Shown here: positions 1 through 10,355 of the stretch, one piece after another
Layout of the letters: each line of letters opens with the position of its first letter
Numbering within the stretch: the first letter of the stretch is position 1
DNA from: an uncultured Gammaproteobacteria bacterium
Lineage (GTDB): Bacteria > Patescibacteriota > Patescibacteriia > Magasanikbacterales > UBA922
NCBI GenBank assembly: GCA_964597575.1
Contig: CAZQXB010000001.1
Span: 594,511-658,510 of the forward strand
DNA length: 64,000 nt
Reading direction: 5' to 3'
The notes under the pieces: generated by a model
What the model saw: the letters and a program-made list of their open reading frames with translations, nothing else
Told to the model about the DNA's origin: nothing
Databases searched by the model: none
Position numbers and translations under genes: made by a program

Positions 1-811
1 CATCCCCTTTTCGCTTAGAGAGCTTTTTTCGATCCAAACTTACGAGGAGTGGCATGTGGGCATGAACCGGAATATTCCAACCAAATGCCTTGTAGAGCAA
101 AATATGTTTTGGGGTAGATGGAAGCCAGTCTTCACCGCGGATGACATGGGTAATTTCCATGAGGTGATCGTCGACGACAACAGCGAGGTGGTAGGTAGGA
201 AAACCGTCAGACTTCATGAGCACCTGATCATCAATTTCTTTACTCTGTACAGTCACACGTCCACGGACAATATCATCAAACGATACTTCTTGATTTTCTG
301 GTACTTTTAACCGGATGACGTGCGACACACCACTTTCAAGGAGGCTCTGCACTTCGTCATCAGGCAAGGTAAGGCTATTTCTCATGGCTAATCGGTCGTA
401 TTTTGGAGGTAACTTTAAGAGCTCTTGGTGCTTGCGCATGGCATCAAGTTCTTCTGTCGTGTCAAAAGCGTAATATGCTGCACCCTTTTGAATTAACTCT
501 TTCGCATATTTTCCATAAATATGAAGCCGTTCTGATTGAATGTATGGTCCATGACCACCCTTGTGTCCGATTTTTCCATTTGGTAAAAGAGTTGGCCCTT
601 CGTCAATCGTAATTCCAGCCCACGTTAATACTTTAATCATGTTTTCGACCGCCCCTTCTACTAAACGTTCCTGATCGGTGTCTTCCACACGAACAATAAA
701 CACCCCATGATTTTTTTGAGCAAAAAGAAAAGGGTACAGCGCTGCACGGAGTGACCCTACATGAACAAAGCCAGTTGGGCTTGGAGCAAAGCGAGTGCGG
801 ATATGTGTCAT
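1..811 (-). CDS. gltX: glutamate--tRNA ligase (5' part; runs off the window start)
   Basis: Not in the ORF track; manual translation from ATG at 811 gives MTHIRTRFAPSPTGFVHVGSL (HIGH-like motif) ... KSDGFPTYHLAVVVDDHLMEITHVIRGEDWL ... KKLSKRKG (KMSKS-like motif); ATGA overlap with the upstream gene. Confidence 0.96.
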   Translation of the reverse strand, partial: MTHIRTRFAPSPTGFVHVGSLRAALYPFLFAQKNHGVFIVRVEDTDQERLVEGAVENMIKVLTWAGITIDEGPTLLPNGKIGHKGGHGPYIQSERLHIYGKYAKELIQKGAAYYAFDTTEELDAMRKHQELLKLPPKYDRLAMRNSLTLPDDEVQSLLESGVSHVIRLKVPENQEVSFDDIVRGRVTVQSKEIDDQVLMKSDGFPTYHLAVVVDDHLMEITHVIRGEDWLPSTPKHILLYKAFGWNIPVHAHMPLLVSLDRKKLSKRKGD

Positions 812-1575
812 AAATGTTTATGCATGTGATGGAGGGCAATTCCAGCAGCTACAGCCACGTTCAGTGACTCAGTCTCCCCTCCTCCGGAAATTGTTACCTG
901 TTTTTGAAATAAAGCTAAAATATCTTCCGAAACCCCATGTGATTCACTTCCAAATACGACGATACTTTTTTTGTTCGGAGTATACGTTTCAAGCGGAGTG
1001 CCTTTCAGAGTAAAGGAGGTTACACTGTATCCTTTTGTGTGAAAAAATTCAAGCGTTTCTTTCAGGCTTTCTACGCGAACAATCGTCGTGTGATGAAGTG
1101 AGCCCATCGTGCTTCGGACAACCTTTTCATTGTACGGGTCTACGCACCCCTCAGAGAGAAGAATATTTGTAATTCCAAACCAGTCAGCCGTGCGGATAAT
1201 CGTCCCTAAATTTCCCGGATCACTAATGCGATCGAGTGCGACAATTGGCCCAGGAACAAAACTACTGATCGTGTGGTTTGGGAGCTCCACTTCGGCCAAA
1301 ATTCCGGCCGGTGTGGTGGTTCCAGAAATGCTTTTATAGGCAAGTTTACTTGTTTCAGATACAGGAATGTCATTCGCTTTGGCGAGAGCAATAATTTCCT
1401 GCTTATCAGCCTCAAGCATGCGCGACTCGTCAACGACAATACGCTTAATATTTTTATTATAGCGAAAGGCTTCCGCAACTCCCTTTACCCCTTCAATAAG
1501 AAACGCACCGTATTCTTCACGGCCTTTTTTATCAAGGAGTTTCAGTAAATGGGAAATGTCTGATTTTGAAAGCAT
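808..1575 (-). CDS. TrmH/SpoU-family RNA 2'-O-methyltransferase
   Basis: SPOUT motifs DPGNLGTIIRTADWFG, VFGSESHG, ESLNVAVAAGI. Confidence 0.92.
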   Translation of the reverse strand: MLSKSDISHLLKLLDKKGREEYGAFLIEGVKGVAEAFRYNKNIKRIVVDESRMLEADKQEIIALAKANDIPVSETSKLAYKSISGTTTPAGILAEVELPNHTISSFVPGPIVALDRISDPGNLGTIIRTADWFGITNILLSEGCVDPYNEKVVRSTMGSLHHTTIVRVESLKETLEFFHTKGYSVTSFTLKGTPLETYTPNKKSIVVFGSESHGVSEDILALFQKQVTISGGGETESLNVAVAAGIALHHMHKHL

Positions 1576-1576
1576 A

Positions 1577-2407
1577 TTATGATGATTGGTTAAATCCCAT
1601 TTTTTCTAAAAGAATAAGTGCTGGGAAAACGAATACGGCCGTTATAATTCTCCCGATACGCTTTGGTTCGAGGAGAAGTCTCCAGAGCCACTCTATTCCG
1701 ATGCGGCGCATAAAAAGCGGTGCCCGTGGTGTTTTTCCAGACAGTGTATCGAGTGAGCCGCCGATACCAATAGCGATTTTAACACTGGGCAATTCTCCGA
1801 GGTGTTCGGTAATCCAAAGCTCCTGCTTCCCATGACTGAAAGCGACGACGAGCACATCTGGGGCTGCTGCAATAATGGCATCAACCATTCCATCCTCAGC
1901 TTCTTTGCTTTCTGGAGTGAGCGAGCCTATTCCACCCTCGACACCGTAATGAAGAGAAATTCCCGGGTGCGTACCACAGATGATAAGGTTCGGTGCATAG
2001 ACTTGAAGAGCCTTACCTGCTTTCTCGAGAACTTCCTTGCTACCGGTCCCCAAAAGAAAGACTTTTTTTTGCTGTCGAGCTGATTCCTCAATGAGTGTAA
2101 GAAGAAGATCAACTCCTGGGAAACGCTCTACATTCCCATTCGCAAAAAGCTCGATCCCTCGCCCATCACAGACATTAAGGGGTGCAGCATTTAAGGCGGC
2201 CTTAAAAACCGTATCCCGGCTCGCTGCAACAAGAATTTCAGGGTTTGGGGTGGTGATAATATGACCCCCAGGTTCGGTAAAGAACGACCGAAGTTTTTCT
2301 GATATCTCGGCTTTCGTATAGGTGTCGATTCGAACTCCTAGAACAAAGAGAGCCACAGACAGCAAAATAATGGGTACGTTATGATGGGTACACGCACAGC
2401 CTACCAT
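1577..2407 (-). CDS. WecB/TagA/CpsF-family glycosyltransferase (true start possibly GTG near 2356)
   Basis: TPNPE, DGRG, RFPGVDL, KQELWI, GIGGSLD, RAP...GIEWLWRLLLEPKR motifs. Confidence 0.9.
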   Translation of the reverse strand: MVGCACTHHNVPIILLSVALFVLGVRIDTYTKAEISEKLRSFFTEPGGHIITTPNPEILVAASRDTVFKAALNAAPLNVCDGRGIELFANGNVERFPGVDLLLTLIEESARQQKKVFLLGTGSKEVLEKAGKALQVYAPNLIICGTHPGISLHYGVEGGIGSLTPESKEAEDGMVDAIIAAAPDVLVVAFSHGKQELWITEHLGELPSVKIAIGIGGSLDTLSGKTPRAPLFMRRIGIEWLWRLLLEPKRIGRIITAVFVFPALILLEKMGFNQSS

Positions 2408-2410
2408 AAT

Positions 2411-2438
2411 TTGACAGGCTTTTCCAGTGTGCTATAGT
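2411..2438 (+). promoter_or_regulatory. sigma70-type promoter of clpB
   Basis: TTGACA (2411-2416), 16-nt spacer, TGc-TATAGT (2433-2438). Confidence 0.65.
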
Positions 2439-2439
2439 A

Positions 2440-2466
2440 TTATCACTCTAATAACGAGAGTGATAA
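2440..2466 (+). promoter_or_regulatory. CIRCE element (HrcA operator), variant
   Basis: TTATCACTC-N9-GAGTGATAA versus consensus TTAGCACTC-N9-GAGTGCTAA, directly downstream of the -10 box of a chaperone gene. Confidence 0.85.
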
Positions 2467-2504
2467 CTTTCCCCTGCTCCTATAATGATTCATTATCTAT
2501 CCGT

Positions 2505-5144
2505 ATGAATCCTCATAATTTCACCCAAAAGTCCCAGGAAGCGATTCAGAGAGCTTCAGATATTGCTCATGAACATGGCCAGCCCCAAGTGGAGCCTCCA
2601 CACCTTTTCGCCTCCCTTCTTCAAGAAGAGGAGGGCGTCGTGATTTCCGTACTTAAAAAAATGAATGCGAACATTCCTGAACTCCGAAATGCGGTGAGTA
2701 GCATGATTCAGGGGATGCCCCGAATCCCAGGCCCTATGCCGGGCGGTATCGGGCAGATTCTGATGGGTCAGGCCATGATGTATATTTTGGAGCGAGCCGG
2801 GGAAGAATCCAAAAAAATGGGCGATGAATACATTAGTGTTGAACATTTATTGTTGGCATTTTTAGGAAATAAAAACCCTATTAGCAGCGCTCTTGGAAAT
2901 CAGGGAGTTCATTACGACGACGTCTTAAAAACATTAGTGACGGTACGTGGAAATCAACGGGTTGATTCAGCAAACCCTGAAAGTAAATATCAGGCCCTTG
3001 AAAAATACGGTAAGAATTTTACCGAACTCGCTCGTCGAGAAAAGTTGGATCCTGTCATTGGTCGTGATGACGAAATTCGTCGAGTCATGCAGGTTCTCAC
3101 ACGTCGCACCAAAAATAACCCGGTACTTATTGGTGAGCCTGGAGTTGGGAAAACCGCCATTATTGAAGGCTTAGCACAGCGCATAGTAAAGGGCGATGTC
3201 CCTGAGAGTTTAAAAGAAAAAGAAGTGGTTGGGCTTGATATTGGTTCTCTCGTGGCCGGAACAAAATTTCGCGGTGAATTTGAGGAACGTTTTAAAGCAG
3301 TTTTAAAAGAAGTGATTGAATCCGATGGGCGTATTATTTTGTTTATTGATGAGCTCCACACCATTGTCGGAGCAGGTGCAAGTGAAGGTGCGGTCGATGC
3401 CAGTAACATGTTAAAGCCCGCACTCGCCCGTGGCGAACTTCATACGGTTGGGGCAACTACGCTTAAGGAATATCGTGAGCATATTGAAAAAGATGCAGCG
3501 TTTGAGCGTCGATTTCAACCGGTTCTCGTGACCGAGCCTACCCCTGAAGACGCGATTGCTATTTTGCGAGGAATCAAAGAAAAATATGAAGTCCATCATG
3601 GGGTCCGAATTACTGACTCTGCGATTGTGGCAGCGGTTGAATTATCAAGCCGCTATATTACCGACCGATTTTTACCCGACAAAGCGATTGATTTGATTGA
3701 CGAAGCTACCTCAGCCCTTCGTATGGAAATTGAATCAATGCCAGACGATTTAGATAAAATGAAACGAAAGATGATCAAAATCGAAATTGAAATGAGCGCC
3801 CTTAAAAAGGAAAAAGACGCTGATGCGAAAGAACGTTTGGGAAAACTGAAAGAAGAGATAGAAAATCTCCGCGAGAAAAGCAATGAGCTTGAAATGCACT
3901 GGAAAAATGAAAAAGAAATTATTGGAAAAATTCGTGAACATAAAAAAAGCATTGATAAGCTAAAGCAGGAAGCTGAAATTGAAGAACGAAACGGTAACTT
4001 ACAAAAAGTAGCCGAAATTCGCTACGGCAGTATTCCTATGATTGAAGAGGCTATTCGAGAAGATGAAAAGAAACTGACCGATATTCAAAAAGGACGTTCT
4101 ATTTTGAAAGAAGAAATTACTGAGGAAGATATTGCAGCCGTAGTTTCGCGCTGGACTAAAATTCCCGTTTCCAAAATGCTTCAGGATGAAATGCGCAAAC
4201 TCGTTACAATGGAAGATGAGCTTCGAAAGCGTGTCGTTGGTCAAGATGAGTCTATTCGCGCGGTAGCAAACGCGATTCGTCGTTCACGGGCTGGTATTTC
4301 TGAAAAGAAACGTCCAATCGGATCCTTTATCTTTCTTGGTCCAACCGGAGTTGGAAAAACGGAACTGGCTCGTGCACTCGCAGATTTTCTTTTTAATGAT
4401 GAGGAAGCTCTGGTTCGGGTGGATATGAGTGAGTTTATGGAAAAACATGCGGTCAGTCGCATGATCGGCTCCCCTCCTGGGTATGTGGGCTACGATGATG
4501 GAGGGCAGTTAACCGAAAAGATTCGTCGTCGTCCATTCTCGGTCGTGTTATTCGATGAAATCGAAAAAGCACATCCAGATATTTTCAATGTCATGCTTCA
4601 AATTCTCGATGATGGTCATGTAACTGATGCCAAAGGCCGTAAAGTCAATTTTAAGAATACCGTCATTATTATGACGAGTAACGTGGGGTCAGACATGATT
4701 ATGCGCTTAGGAAAGCGCGGAGAATTTGGCTTTGGTGATAATTCCGAAAAAACGACGAGTGAGAAAAAAGAAGACGCGATGAAAACGAAAGTCATGGAGG
4801 CTCTCCGTGATCAGTTTCGCCCAGAGTTTTTGAACCGCGTCGATGAAATTATCGTTTTTCATCCCCTCACAAAAGAGAATCTTCGTATCATTGTGGATCT
4901 TCAACTTCTTCAAATCGCAGAGCGACTTCGTGAAAGAAAGCTCACTCTTATTGTGACTGATGCAGCGAAGGATTGGCTCGGTGAAAAAGGATATGACGCA
5001 GAACTGGGAGCCCGCCCGATGAAACGGACGCTCCAAACTGAGGTTCTCGACCCTCTCGCGATACAAATCATGGCCGGAGAAGTGGTAGAGGGTGCGACTA
5101 TTACGGTTGATGTAAAAAATGATAAGATTACGTTCGTTGTTTAA
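2505..5144 (+). CDS. clpB: ATP-dependent chaperone ClpB
   Basis: Clp N-domain, two AAA+ modules ([15 protein letters not shown]; [17 protein letters not shown]), long coiled-coil middle domain, GYVG pore loop; start placed at ATG 2505 after the CIRCE. Confidence 0.95.
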   Translation: MNPHNFTQKSQEAIQRASDIAHEHGQPQVEPPHLFASLLQEEEGVVISVLKKMNANIPELRNAVSSMIQGMPRIPGPMPGGIGQILMGQAMMYILERAGEESKKMGDEYISVEHLLLAFLGNKNPISSALGNQGVHYDDVLKTLVTVRGNQRVDSANPESKYQALEKYGKNFTELARREKLDPVIGRDDEIRRVMQVLTRRTKNNPVLIGEPGVGKTAIIEGLAQRIVKGDVPESLKEKEVVGLDIGSLVAGTKFRGEFEERFKAVLKEVIESDGRIILFIDELHTIVGAGASEGAVDASNMLKPALARGELHTVGATTLKEYREHIEKDAAFERRFQPVLVTEPTPEDAIAILRGIKEKYEVHHGVRITDSAIVAAVELSSRYITDRFLPDKAIDLIDEATSALRMEIESMPDDLDKMKRKMIKIEIEMSALKKEKDADAKERLGKLKEEIENLREKSNELEMHWKNEKEIIGKIREHKKSIDKLKQEAEIEERNGNLQKVAEIRYGSIPMIEEAIREDEKKLTDIQKGRSILKEEITEEDIAAVVSRWTKIPVSKMLQDEMRKLVTMEDELRKRVVGQDESIRAVANAIRRSRAGISEKKRPIGSFIFLGPTGVGKTELARALADFLFNDEEALVRVDMSEFMEKHAVSRMIGSPPGYVGYDDGGQLTEKIRRRPFSVVLFDEIEKAHPDIFNVMLQILDDGHVTDAKGRKVNFKNTVIIMTSNVGSDMIMRLGKRGEFGFGDNSEKTTSEKKEDAMKTKVMEALRDQFRPEFLNRVDEIIVFHPLTKENLRIIVDLQLLQIAERLRERKLTLIVTDAAKDWLGEKGYDAELGARPMKRTLQTEVLDPLAIQIMAGEVVEGATITVDVKNDKITFVV

Positions 5145-5157
5145 GTCATGGAATTCT

Positions 5158-5182
5158 AAAAAGCCCCGTTATGGGGCTTTTT
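5158..5182. terminator. bidirectional intrinsic terminator
   Basis: AAAAAGCCCC-gttat-GGGGCTTTTT between convergent genes. Confidence 0.85.
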
Positions 5183-5199
5183 AATTACCAAGAATACGG

Positions 5200-6108
5200 T
5201 TATTTTAGGTGACCAGCTCGGGTCGTTTCTAATTCCTGAATTTCTTTGGTAAAGGCAGCAACACGATTGATAACTGGAACTTTAATAGGAAACTTCTCAA
5301 GTTCAGCATCAACGTTGTATTTTCCGATATCTGCATCAAGAAGCGTCTGGCGAATCGTCGCCTCATCGGTATTAAACTTTTCTTTTACGAGCTCAAGTAC
5401 TTCTGGATACTTTGCAATCTCTTCATTCCGAAGTTCACGCAATTCTGACACTGATTGCTGAAGTCCGCCAGCTAAATTCCCCTTCTCCTGGGCCGTGGCA
5501 ACGCGTTTTACTAACTTTCCATTCGTTACCTCGGAAACTTCCCCTTGATTTACCTCAACTATTTCGTCTCCTTTTGTTACCGCCACAACCCCTTCTCCGG
5601 TCATAATTTTTCCACCAGGGTGCATTTCAAAAGCGGTACCTTTCACCGTTGCGGTAAAGGTACCGTCGGTAACAACGTAGCTTCCGTTTGTATGTACACC
5701 ACTAACTTCGTGCCATGTACGACCACTCTCCAATCGGAGACGAATCGCATCTTCTTTGAGAGATTCAATGACCACTTTCGTGTTCATATCAAGAAGCACA
5801 ACCGAGCTTTCAAACATCTGAAGTGAGGCATTCCCGCCCATTTTGGTTTCAACCGTATCCCCTTCTTTCACAGCGGTAACTCCATCAACTAAAGTTCCAT
5901 TCACATAGACCTCAACCCCTAAATTGCGCGGCTCAACTTCCGCTGTGCGAATTGGCGCTGAAAAAAGCATACGGTACGCCACTACCCCGGCAACGGCAAG
6001 AGCGGCGATGATAAGCAGAACAACCGTAAGAACAATATACTTGGTCTTTGATCGTTTCGGCTCAGTGCTACCCATCTGAGTTGTCTGTACTGTTGCTGAA
6101 TTTTCCAT
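5200..6108 (-). CDS. membrane-anchored FecR-domain protein
   Basis: N-terminal TM helix; beta-rich FecR-like pattern (GDTVET...ASLQMFESSVVLLDMNT...LESGRTW...ATVKGTAF). Confidence 0.7.
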   Translation of the reverse strand: MENSATVQTTQMGSTEPKRSKTKYIVLTVVLLIIAALAVAGVVAYRMLFSAPIRTAEVEPRNLGVEVYVNGTLVDGVTAVKEGDTVETKMGGNASLQMFESSVVLLDMNTKVVIESLKEDAIRLRLESGRTWHEVSGVHTNGSYVVTDGTFTATVKGTAFEMHPGGKIMTGEGVVAVTKGDEIVEVNQGEVSEVTNGKLVKRVATAQEKGNLAGGLQQSVSELRELRNEEIAKYPEVLELVKEKFNTDEATIRQTLLDADIGKYNVDAELEKFPIKVPVINRVAAFTKEIQELETTRAGHLK

Positions 6109-6117
6109 AAATAAAGA

Positions 6118-6408
6118 TTATGTTTCTGGGAATAATTTTTTGTTGTTTTCGTCGTAGAGGTGAATGGCCAGAACCGGACAGGCTTCTGCTGCCATTTTTA
6201 TGGTTTCGTCATCCTCATAGGTGGAATTTTCTTTCACGACATATGCTAGGTTCTCATCATCCATTTGAAATGTCTTCGGTGCGACGAGGACACATGATCG
6301 CGCCCCAATACAGGCTGGTCGGTCGACAATCACCTTTCTGATTTTTCCTGTTGCTTTTGTACCGACTGACGGATTCTCAAATTGTGCTTCTGGTAGAGAT
6401 TCATTCAT
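6118..6408 (-). CDS. single-cluster ferredoxin ([3Fe-4S]/[4Fe-4S])
   Basis: VDRPACIGARSCVLVAP...AAEACPVLAI. Confidence 0.88.
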   Translation of the reverse strand: MNESLPEAQFENPSVGTKATGKIRKVIVDRPACIGARSCVLVAPKTFQMDDENLAYVVKENSTYEDDETIKMAAEACPVLAIHLYDENNKKLFPET

Positions 6409-6414
6409 AGTAGA

Positions 6415-7125
6415 TTAGTTATGTAAAGTTATTTCAGGAATGATGTTACACCCAACACTCGGTATGTGAATTGCTGCATCCGAGGATAAATTTTCTTTCG
6501 TTACCCAACTGTACTCATACCACGTCCCCTGCTCATCCCGACTAAATTCAGTCTGATTACCGAGGTCAGTTGCACCATAGTAGCAACGCATGACTTTCCA
6601 TGCATTTTTACCTGCTTCTGTTTGTTTCATGTCAATAAAGTATACGTCACCCCCGTATGCTGATGTTGCGATCGCGAGATTTATTCGAGGGTTTTCGACG
6701 TCTGGCCCACTCTCGTGCCAAATATCATGGACGGAATAGTTCCCTTTGAGTTCAATAAATTTATCCCAATGTTTTTTTTCTTCGTCGAGTTTAAGGACAC
6801 CTAAAAACGTCGTTTTTTCAAATGAACCACCATGTCCACCTACAAGGCCGTATGTGGTGAGCCCAACATGTTTTAATTGAATATACTGAGCAATAGTAAG
6901 ATCTTCCGGAAGAGTACCCATACCAAGGATTGCCTGACGCTCTTCGGTAATAATATAACCATCCTTATCGGTAAGATGTGCTGGTTTGTTAAGCTTTTCT
7001 TGACCAACACTATCTAAAATAAGAGGGCTCTGTTGGAGAAGAATGGCTTTCCATATAATAGTCCACAAAACAAAACATGCCAAGAATCCAAAAAAGAAAA
7101 ATTGTAGCTCGCGTGTTTTGTTCAT
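6415..7125 (-). CDS. hypothetical membrane-anchored protein
   Basis: Long ORF in operon context with N-terminal hydrophobic helix; no family recognised. Confidence 0.7.
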   Translation of the reverse strand: MNKTRELQFFFFGFLACFVLWTIIWKAILLQQSPLILDSVGQEKLNKPAHLTDKDGYIITEERQAILGMGTLPEDLTIAQYIQLKHVGLTTYGLVGGHGGSFEKTTFLGVLKLDEEKKHWDKFIELKGNYSVHDIWHESGPDVENPRINLAIATSAYGGDVYFIDMKQTEAGKNAWKVMRCYYGATDLGNQTEFSRDEQGTWYEYSWVTKENLSSDAAIHIPSVGCNIIPEITLHN

Positions 7126-7126
7126 A

Positions 7127-7468
7127 CTACAAATCACCTAAAAAATTGTTCGCGGTCATAATATCTTCAGCAGAGAGACCGGTTCTCGTTGTCGTTTCAC
7201 GAGCGTCAGGATCTTCAAGTGGTTGCTGCATCAAAACCCGTTTTACTTCACTCACTGCTTCGTCGGGGGTTACATGATGAAGGAGTGTTTGGCCAACAAC
7301 GACATTTGGAGCGCTCGAACATGGGCCAACACATGGGCAAGGAGAAATATTAAGGTCATTTGGGAGAGCCCCTTGATTTTTTGCATCGACAAGAATTTGA
7401 GAGATGCGCTCTCCGCCAAACGTCTGGCACGATCTCCCATTACACACACGGACAGCAGGATGTTTCAT
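7127..7468 (-). CDS. thioredoxin-like [2Fe-2S] ferredoxin (NuoE-like)
   Basis: VCNGRSC...CVGPCSSAPNVVV Cys pattern. Confidence 0.82.
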   Translation of the reverse strand: MKHPAVRVCNGRSCQTFGGERISQILVDAKNQGALPNDLNISPCPCVGPCSSAPNVVVGQTLLHHVTPDEAVSEVKRVLMQQPLEDPDARETTTRTGLSAEDIMTANNFLGDL

Positions 7469-7477
7469 AGAATTCTA

Positions 7478-7792
7478 TTATACACCAAGAACGACCCGAA
7501 GTTCAGGTGAAGGCTTCCAGGGGGGCTCAAATGTAACCGTGATATTCACTGTTTTAAATCCAAGCATCTTTAAGCTTGTTTCGATGTCTTCTTTGATCTG
7601 CTCGCCCGAAGGGCAAAGGGGTGTGGTGTAGGTGAGCAAAATATCAACCACTTCAGCACTTTTTATATCGATATTATAAATAAGACCAATCGTCCAAATA
7701 TCAACCCCAAGTTCGGGGTCAAAAACCGTTTCGAGCATTTCAATCACCTGCTCCTTTGAGGGAGCTTTTTTTGTACTAGGTATAGGAGCCAT
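7478..7792 (-). CDS. DUF59/SufT-like Fe-S assembly protein
   Basis: VFDPELGVDIWTIGLIY...TTPLCP...FEPPW. Confidence 0.9.
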   Translation of the reverse strand: MAPIPSTKKAPSKEQVIEMLETVFDPELGVDIWTIGLIYNIDIKSAEVVDILLTYTTPLCPSGEQIKEDIETSLKMLGFKTVNITVTFEPPWKPSPELRVVLGV

Positions 7793-8504
7793 ATCCGTGT
7801 GTATCAATATCATTGGCTAATTCAGGTCCAGCAGTTTTAACCATTTTGCCTTTTTTCAAAAGGTGAACGGTATCAGGCGTCACGTACTCTAAGATTCGGG
7901 TGTAGTGGGTGATGAGAAGAACTGCGGTATCTTTCGAACGGAAACGGGAAATTGCTTCCCCTACAGCCCTGAGACCATCTACATCAAGCCCAGAATCGGT
8001 TTCATCGAGGATAGCATACTTCGGGCTGAGCGTAAAAAGTTGGAGCATTTCAAGACGCTTTTTTTCTCCCCCGGAAAAACCCACATTGACCGAACGCGAG
8101 AGTGCCTCTTTTCCGAGCCCAAGTTTCTCTCCTTCGGTAATAAGAGTTCGGTGGAACGGAAGCGGGGCCACATGCTCGCCCGTGAGTGATTCTTTGGCGG
8201 TTCGTAAAAAATGGGAGATGCCTACACCATCAATTTCTGGTGGATATTGCATCGAAAGAAACAGCCCGCTCTTCGCTCGTTCATGCACCTTAGCGTTCGT
8301 GATCTCTTTTCCATCAATCGTAATCGATCCCCCGGTTATGGTATATTTTGGATGACCCATGAGGACGTTGGCAAAGGTTGATTTCCCTGAACCATTTGGG
8401 CCCATGAGGACATGTACCTCCCCTGGTGAAATAGTAAGATTGACTCCATCCAGAATGGGAGTGCTACCTGAAGAAACACTGAGATTTGAAATGTGGAGAG
8501 ACAT
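7776..8504 (-). CDS. sufC: Fe-S cluster assembly ATPase SufC
   Basis: GPNGSGKST, QYPPEIDGV, NVGFSGGEKKR, LDETDSGLDVD, ITHY. Confidence 0.95.
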   Translation of the reverse strand: MSLHISNLSVSSGSTPILDGVNLTISPGEVHVLMGPNGSGKSTFANVLMGHPKYTITGGSITIDGKEITNAKVHERAKSGLFLSMQYPPEIDGVGISHFLRTAKESLTGEHVAPLPFHRTLITEGEKLGLGKEALSRSVNVGFSGGEKKRLEMLQLFTLSPKYAILDETDSGLDVDGLRAVGEAISRFRSKDTAVLLITHYTRILEYVTPDTVHLLKKGKMVKTAGPELANDIDTHGYGSYT

Positions 8505-8506
8505 AT

Positions 8507-8875
8507 TTATAGAGTGCGAGTTGCTTTTTGAATAGCACGGAGGGTAAGAGATGCGCAATTCTCGCGAGTATACACTATGTCAAAGCCGAACCATTCGTCA
8601 ATGTCTCGCTTGGTGTAGCCAGTAATTTCCTGAACAGTTCTTCCCTTCACAGCATCGGTAGCTAAAGATGCTCCAGCCAGGGAAATTGCACAGCCGACTC
8701 CGGTAAACTTTGCATCGACAATAATTCCCTCACGAATAAGAAGTTCCACGATAACTTCATCCCCACAACTCGAGTTAACTTCCCTTGCTGTGTGCGTGTG
8801 CCCCAAAAGAGACCCTTTATTATGTGGATTATGGTAGAGATCAAGAATGATGTCGCGGTATAAATCCATGCTCAT
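8507..8875 (-). CDS. sufU: SufU/IscU-type Fe-S scaffold or sulfur-transfer protein
   Basis: LYRDIILDLY..P.NKG, NSSCGD, GCAIS, RENCA. Confidence 0.88.
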   Translation of the reverse strand: MSMDLYRDIILDLYHNPHNKGSLLGHTHTAREVNSSCGDEVIVELLIREGIIVDAKFTGVGCAISLAGASLATDAVKGRTVQEITGYTKRDIDEWFGFDIVYTRENCASLTLRAIQKATRTL

Positions 8876-8876
8876 A

Positions 8877-10079
8877 CTACTGTTTGAAAATGTTTTGTGC
8901 GTCGAGCAGCGCCTGCACCGTGCGGTCAATGTCTTTTTTACTAGAGTAGGCGGCGAACGAAATACGTCCTGTTCCAGGGAGCTTCAGTAAACTCATAAGT
9001 GGCATAGTACAGTGCGACCCCCCACGAATGGCAATGTGTCTTTCTCCAAGAATTTCTGCAATGTCATGAGGGTGAATGCCGTCTACCGTAAAGGAAATAA
9101 CCCCAACCCTTTCCTCTGTTGTGCCTGGTCCAACAATAGTAAGCCCTGGAATACCCTTCAAGCAGGTCAGAGCATAGGTAACAAGCTCCTTTTCATGAGT
9201 CATGAACTGATCAAAACCAACAGAGGTAAGCCATTCCACGGCCCTCCCAAGCCCAATAGCTCCACTTATATTTGGTGTTCCCGCTTCAAATTTCCACGGA
9301 ACCTCGTTCCAGGTTGCCGATGCGTACGTTACTTCGCGAACCATATCGCCACCAAAAAGAAGCGGATCAAGAATCTCAAGTCTTTCTTTTTTTCCATACA
9401 ATATGCCGATACCCGTTGGACCATACATTTTGTGCCCAGAAGCAACGAGAAAATCACAATCAATCGCCTTCACATCGAGAGGAATGTGGGCAATGGATTG
9501 AGCCGCGTCAATAATAGTTACAGCATTCACTTTTTTTGCTTCAGAAACTATTTTTTCTATAGGGAAGATGCAGCCAAGCGTATTTGATACATGCATGACC
9601 GAAACGATTTTGGTTGTTTTATCAATTTTTGAAAGTGAATTTTCGTCAAGAAGAAAATCAGGGGTTAATTCCAAAAATCGAAGTTCAAATCCGTATACTT
9701 TACTCATTTCCTGCCAAGGCACAATGTTCGCATGATGCTCAGCACGAGTGAGCACGACACTATCCCCTTTCCTCAGTCGTTTTCCTAAGGATTGTACAAG
9801 GAGGTTCAAGCTTGAAGTAGTGCCACCGGTAAAGACCACCTCCTCTTTTGTTGCTCCAATAAAACGAGCGATGATTTCGCGAGCATGCTCGTATTGAAGC
9901 GTAGCCCGCGCAGCATCTGGGTACAACCCTCGGTGCACATTTGCGCGATACTCCTCTTCAAATTCGACTAGCGTATCAATTACACAAGCTGGCATGAGTG
10001 TGGTTGCTGCATTATCAAGATAGGCGTATACTTTATCGCGTTTCAGACGAGGGAATTGTGAACGAATATTTTTTTTCAT
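8877..10079 (-). CDS. sufS: cysteine desulfurase SufS
   Basis: YLDNAATT, EHHANIVPW, DAAQS, SGHKMYGPTGIG, FEAGTPN, RGGSHC. Confidence 0.93.
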   Translation of the reverse strand: MKKNIRSQFPRLKRDKVYAYLDNAATTLMPACVIDTLVEFEEEYRANVHRGLYPDAARATLQYEHAREIIARFIGATKEEVVFTGGTTSSLNLLVQSLGKRLRKGDSVVLTRAEHHANIVPWQEMSKVYGFELRFLELTPDFLLDENSLSKIDKTTKIVSVMHVSNTLGCIFPIEKIVSEAKKVNAVTIIDAAQSIAHIPLDVKAIDCDFLVASGHKMYGPTGIGILYGKKERLEILDPLLFGGDMVREVTYASATWNEVPWKFEAGTPNISGAIGLGRAVEWLTSVGFDQFMTHEKELVTYALTCLKGIPGLTIVGPGTTEERVGVISFTVDGIHPHDIAEILGERHIAIRGGSHCTMPLMSLLKLPGTGRISFAAYSSKKDIDRTVQALLDAQNIFKQ

Positions 10080-10081
10080 AG

Positions 10082-10355
10082 TTAGAGTACAGGTTGGGCA
10101 ATTTCTGAAAGACAGTAGTCCTTTTACCGGGTGCTGTGGTAAATGGTGAAAAGGTTTGCTGAAACTGTTCCCCATTGGTTTTTCCTAGATCAAGGTTAGC
10201 CCCAGCAAAAGGGTGGTTTGAAAAAACGTTTACCCCTGACTTCCACAGAATGATCGTGTTTCAAATAATTTTGTAGGATCTGGAAAGAGAAAAACGCAAC
10301 CGACAGTAACAAAATCACCAGAAAAATTCCAATTGTTTTTTTGATTCTTACTCAT
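10082..10355 (-). pseudogene. possible degraded membrane-protein gene remnant between sufD and sufS
   Basis: ATG overlapping the sufD stop, then frame-broken pieces: KTIGIFLVILLLSVAFFSF in one frame and IILWKSGVNVFSNHPFAG in another. Confidence 0.3.
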
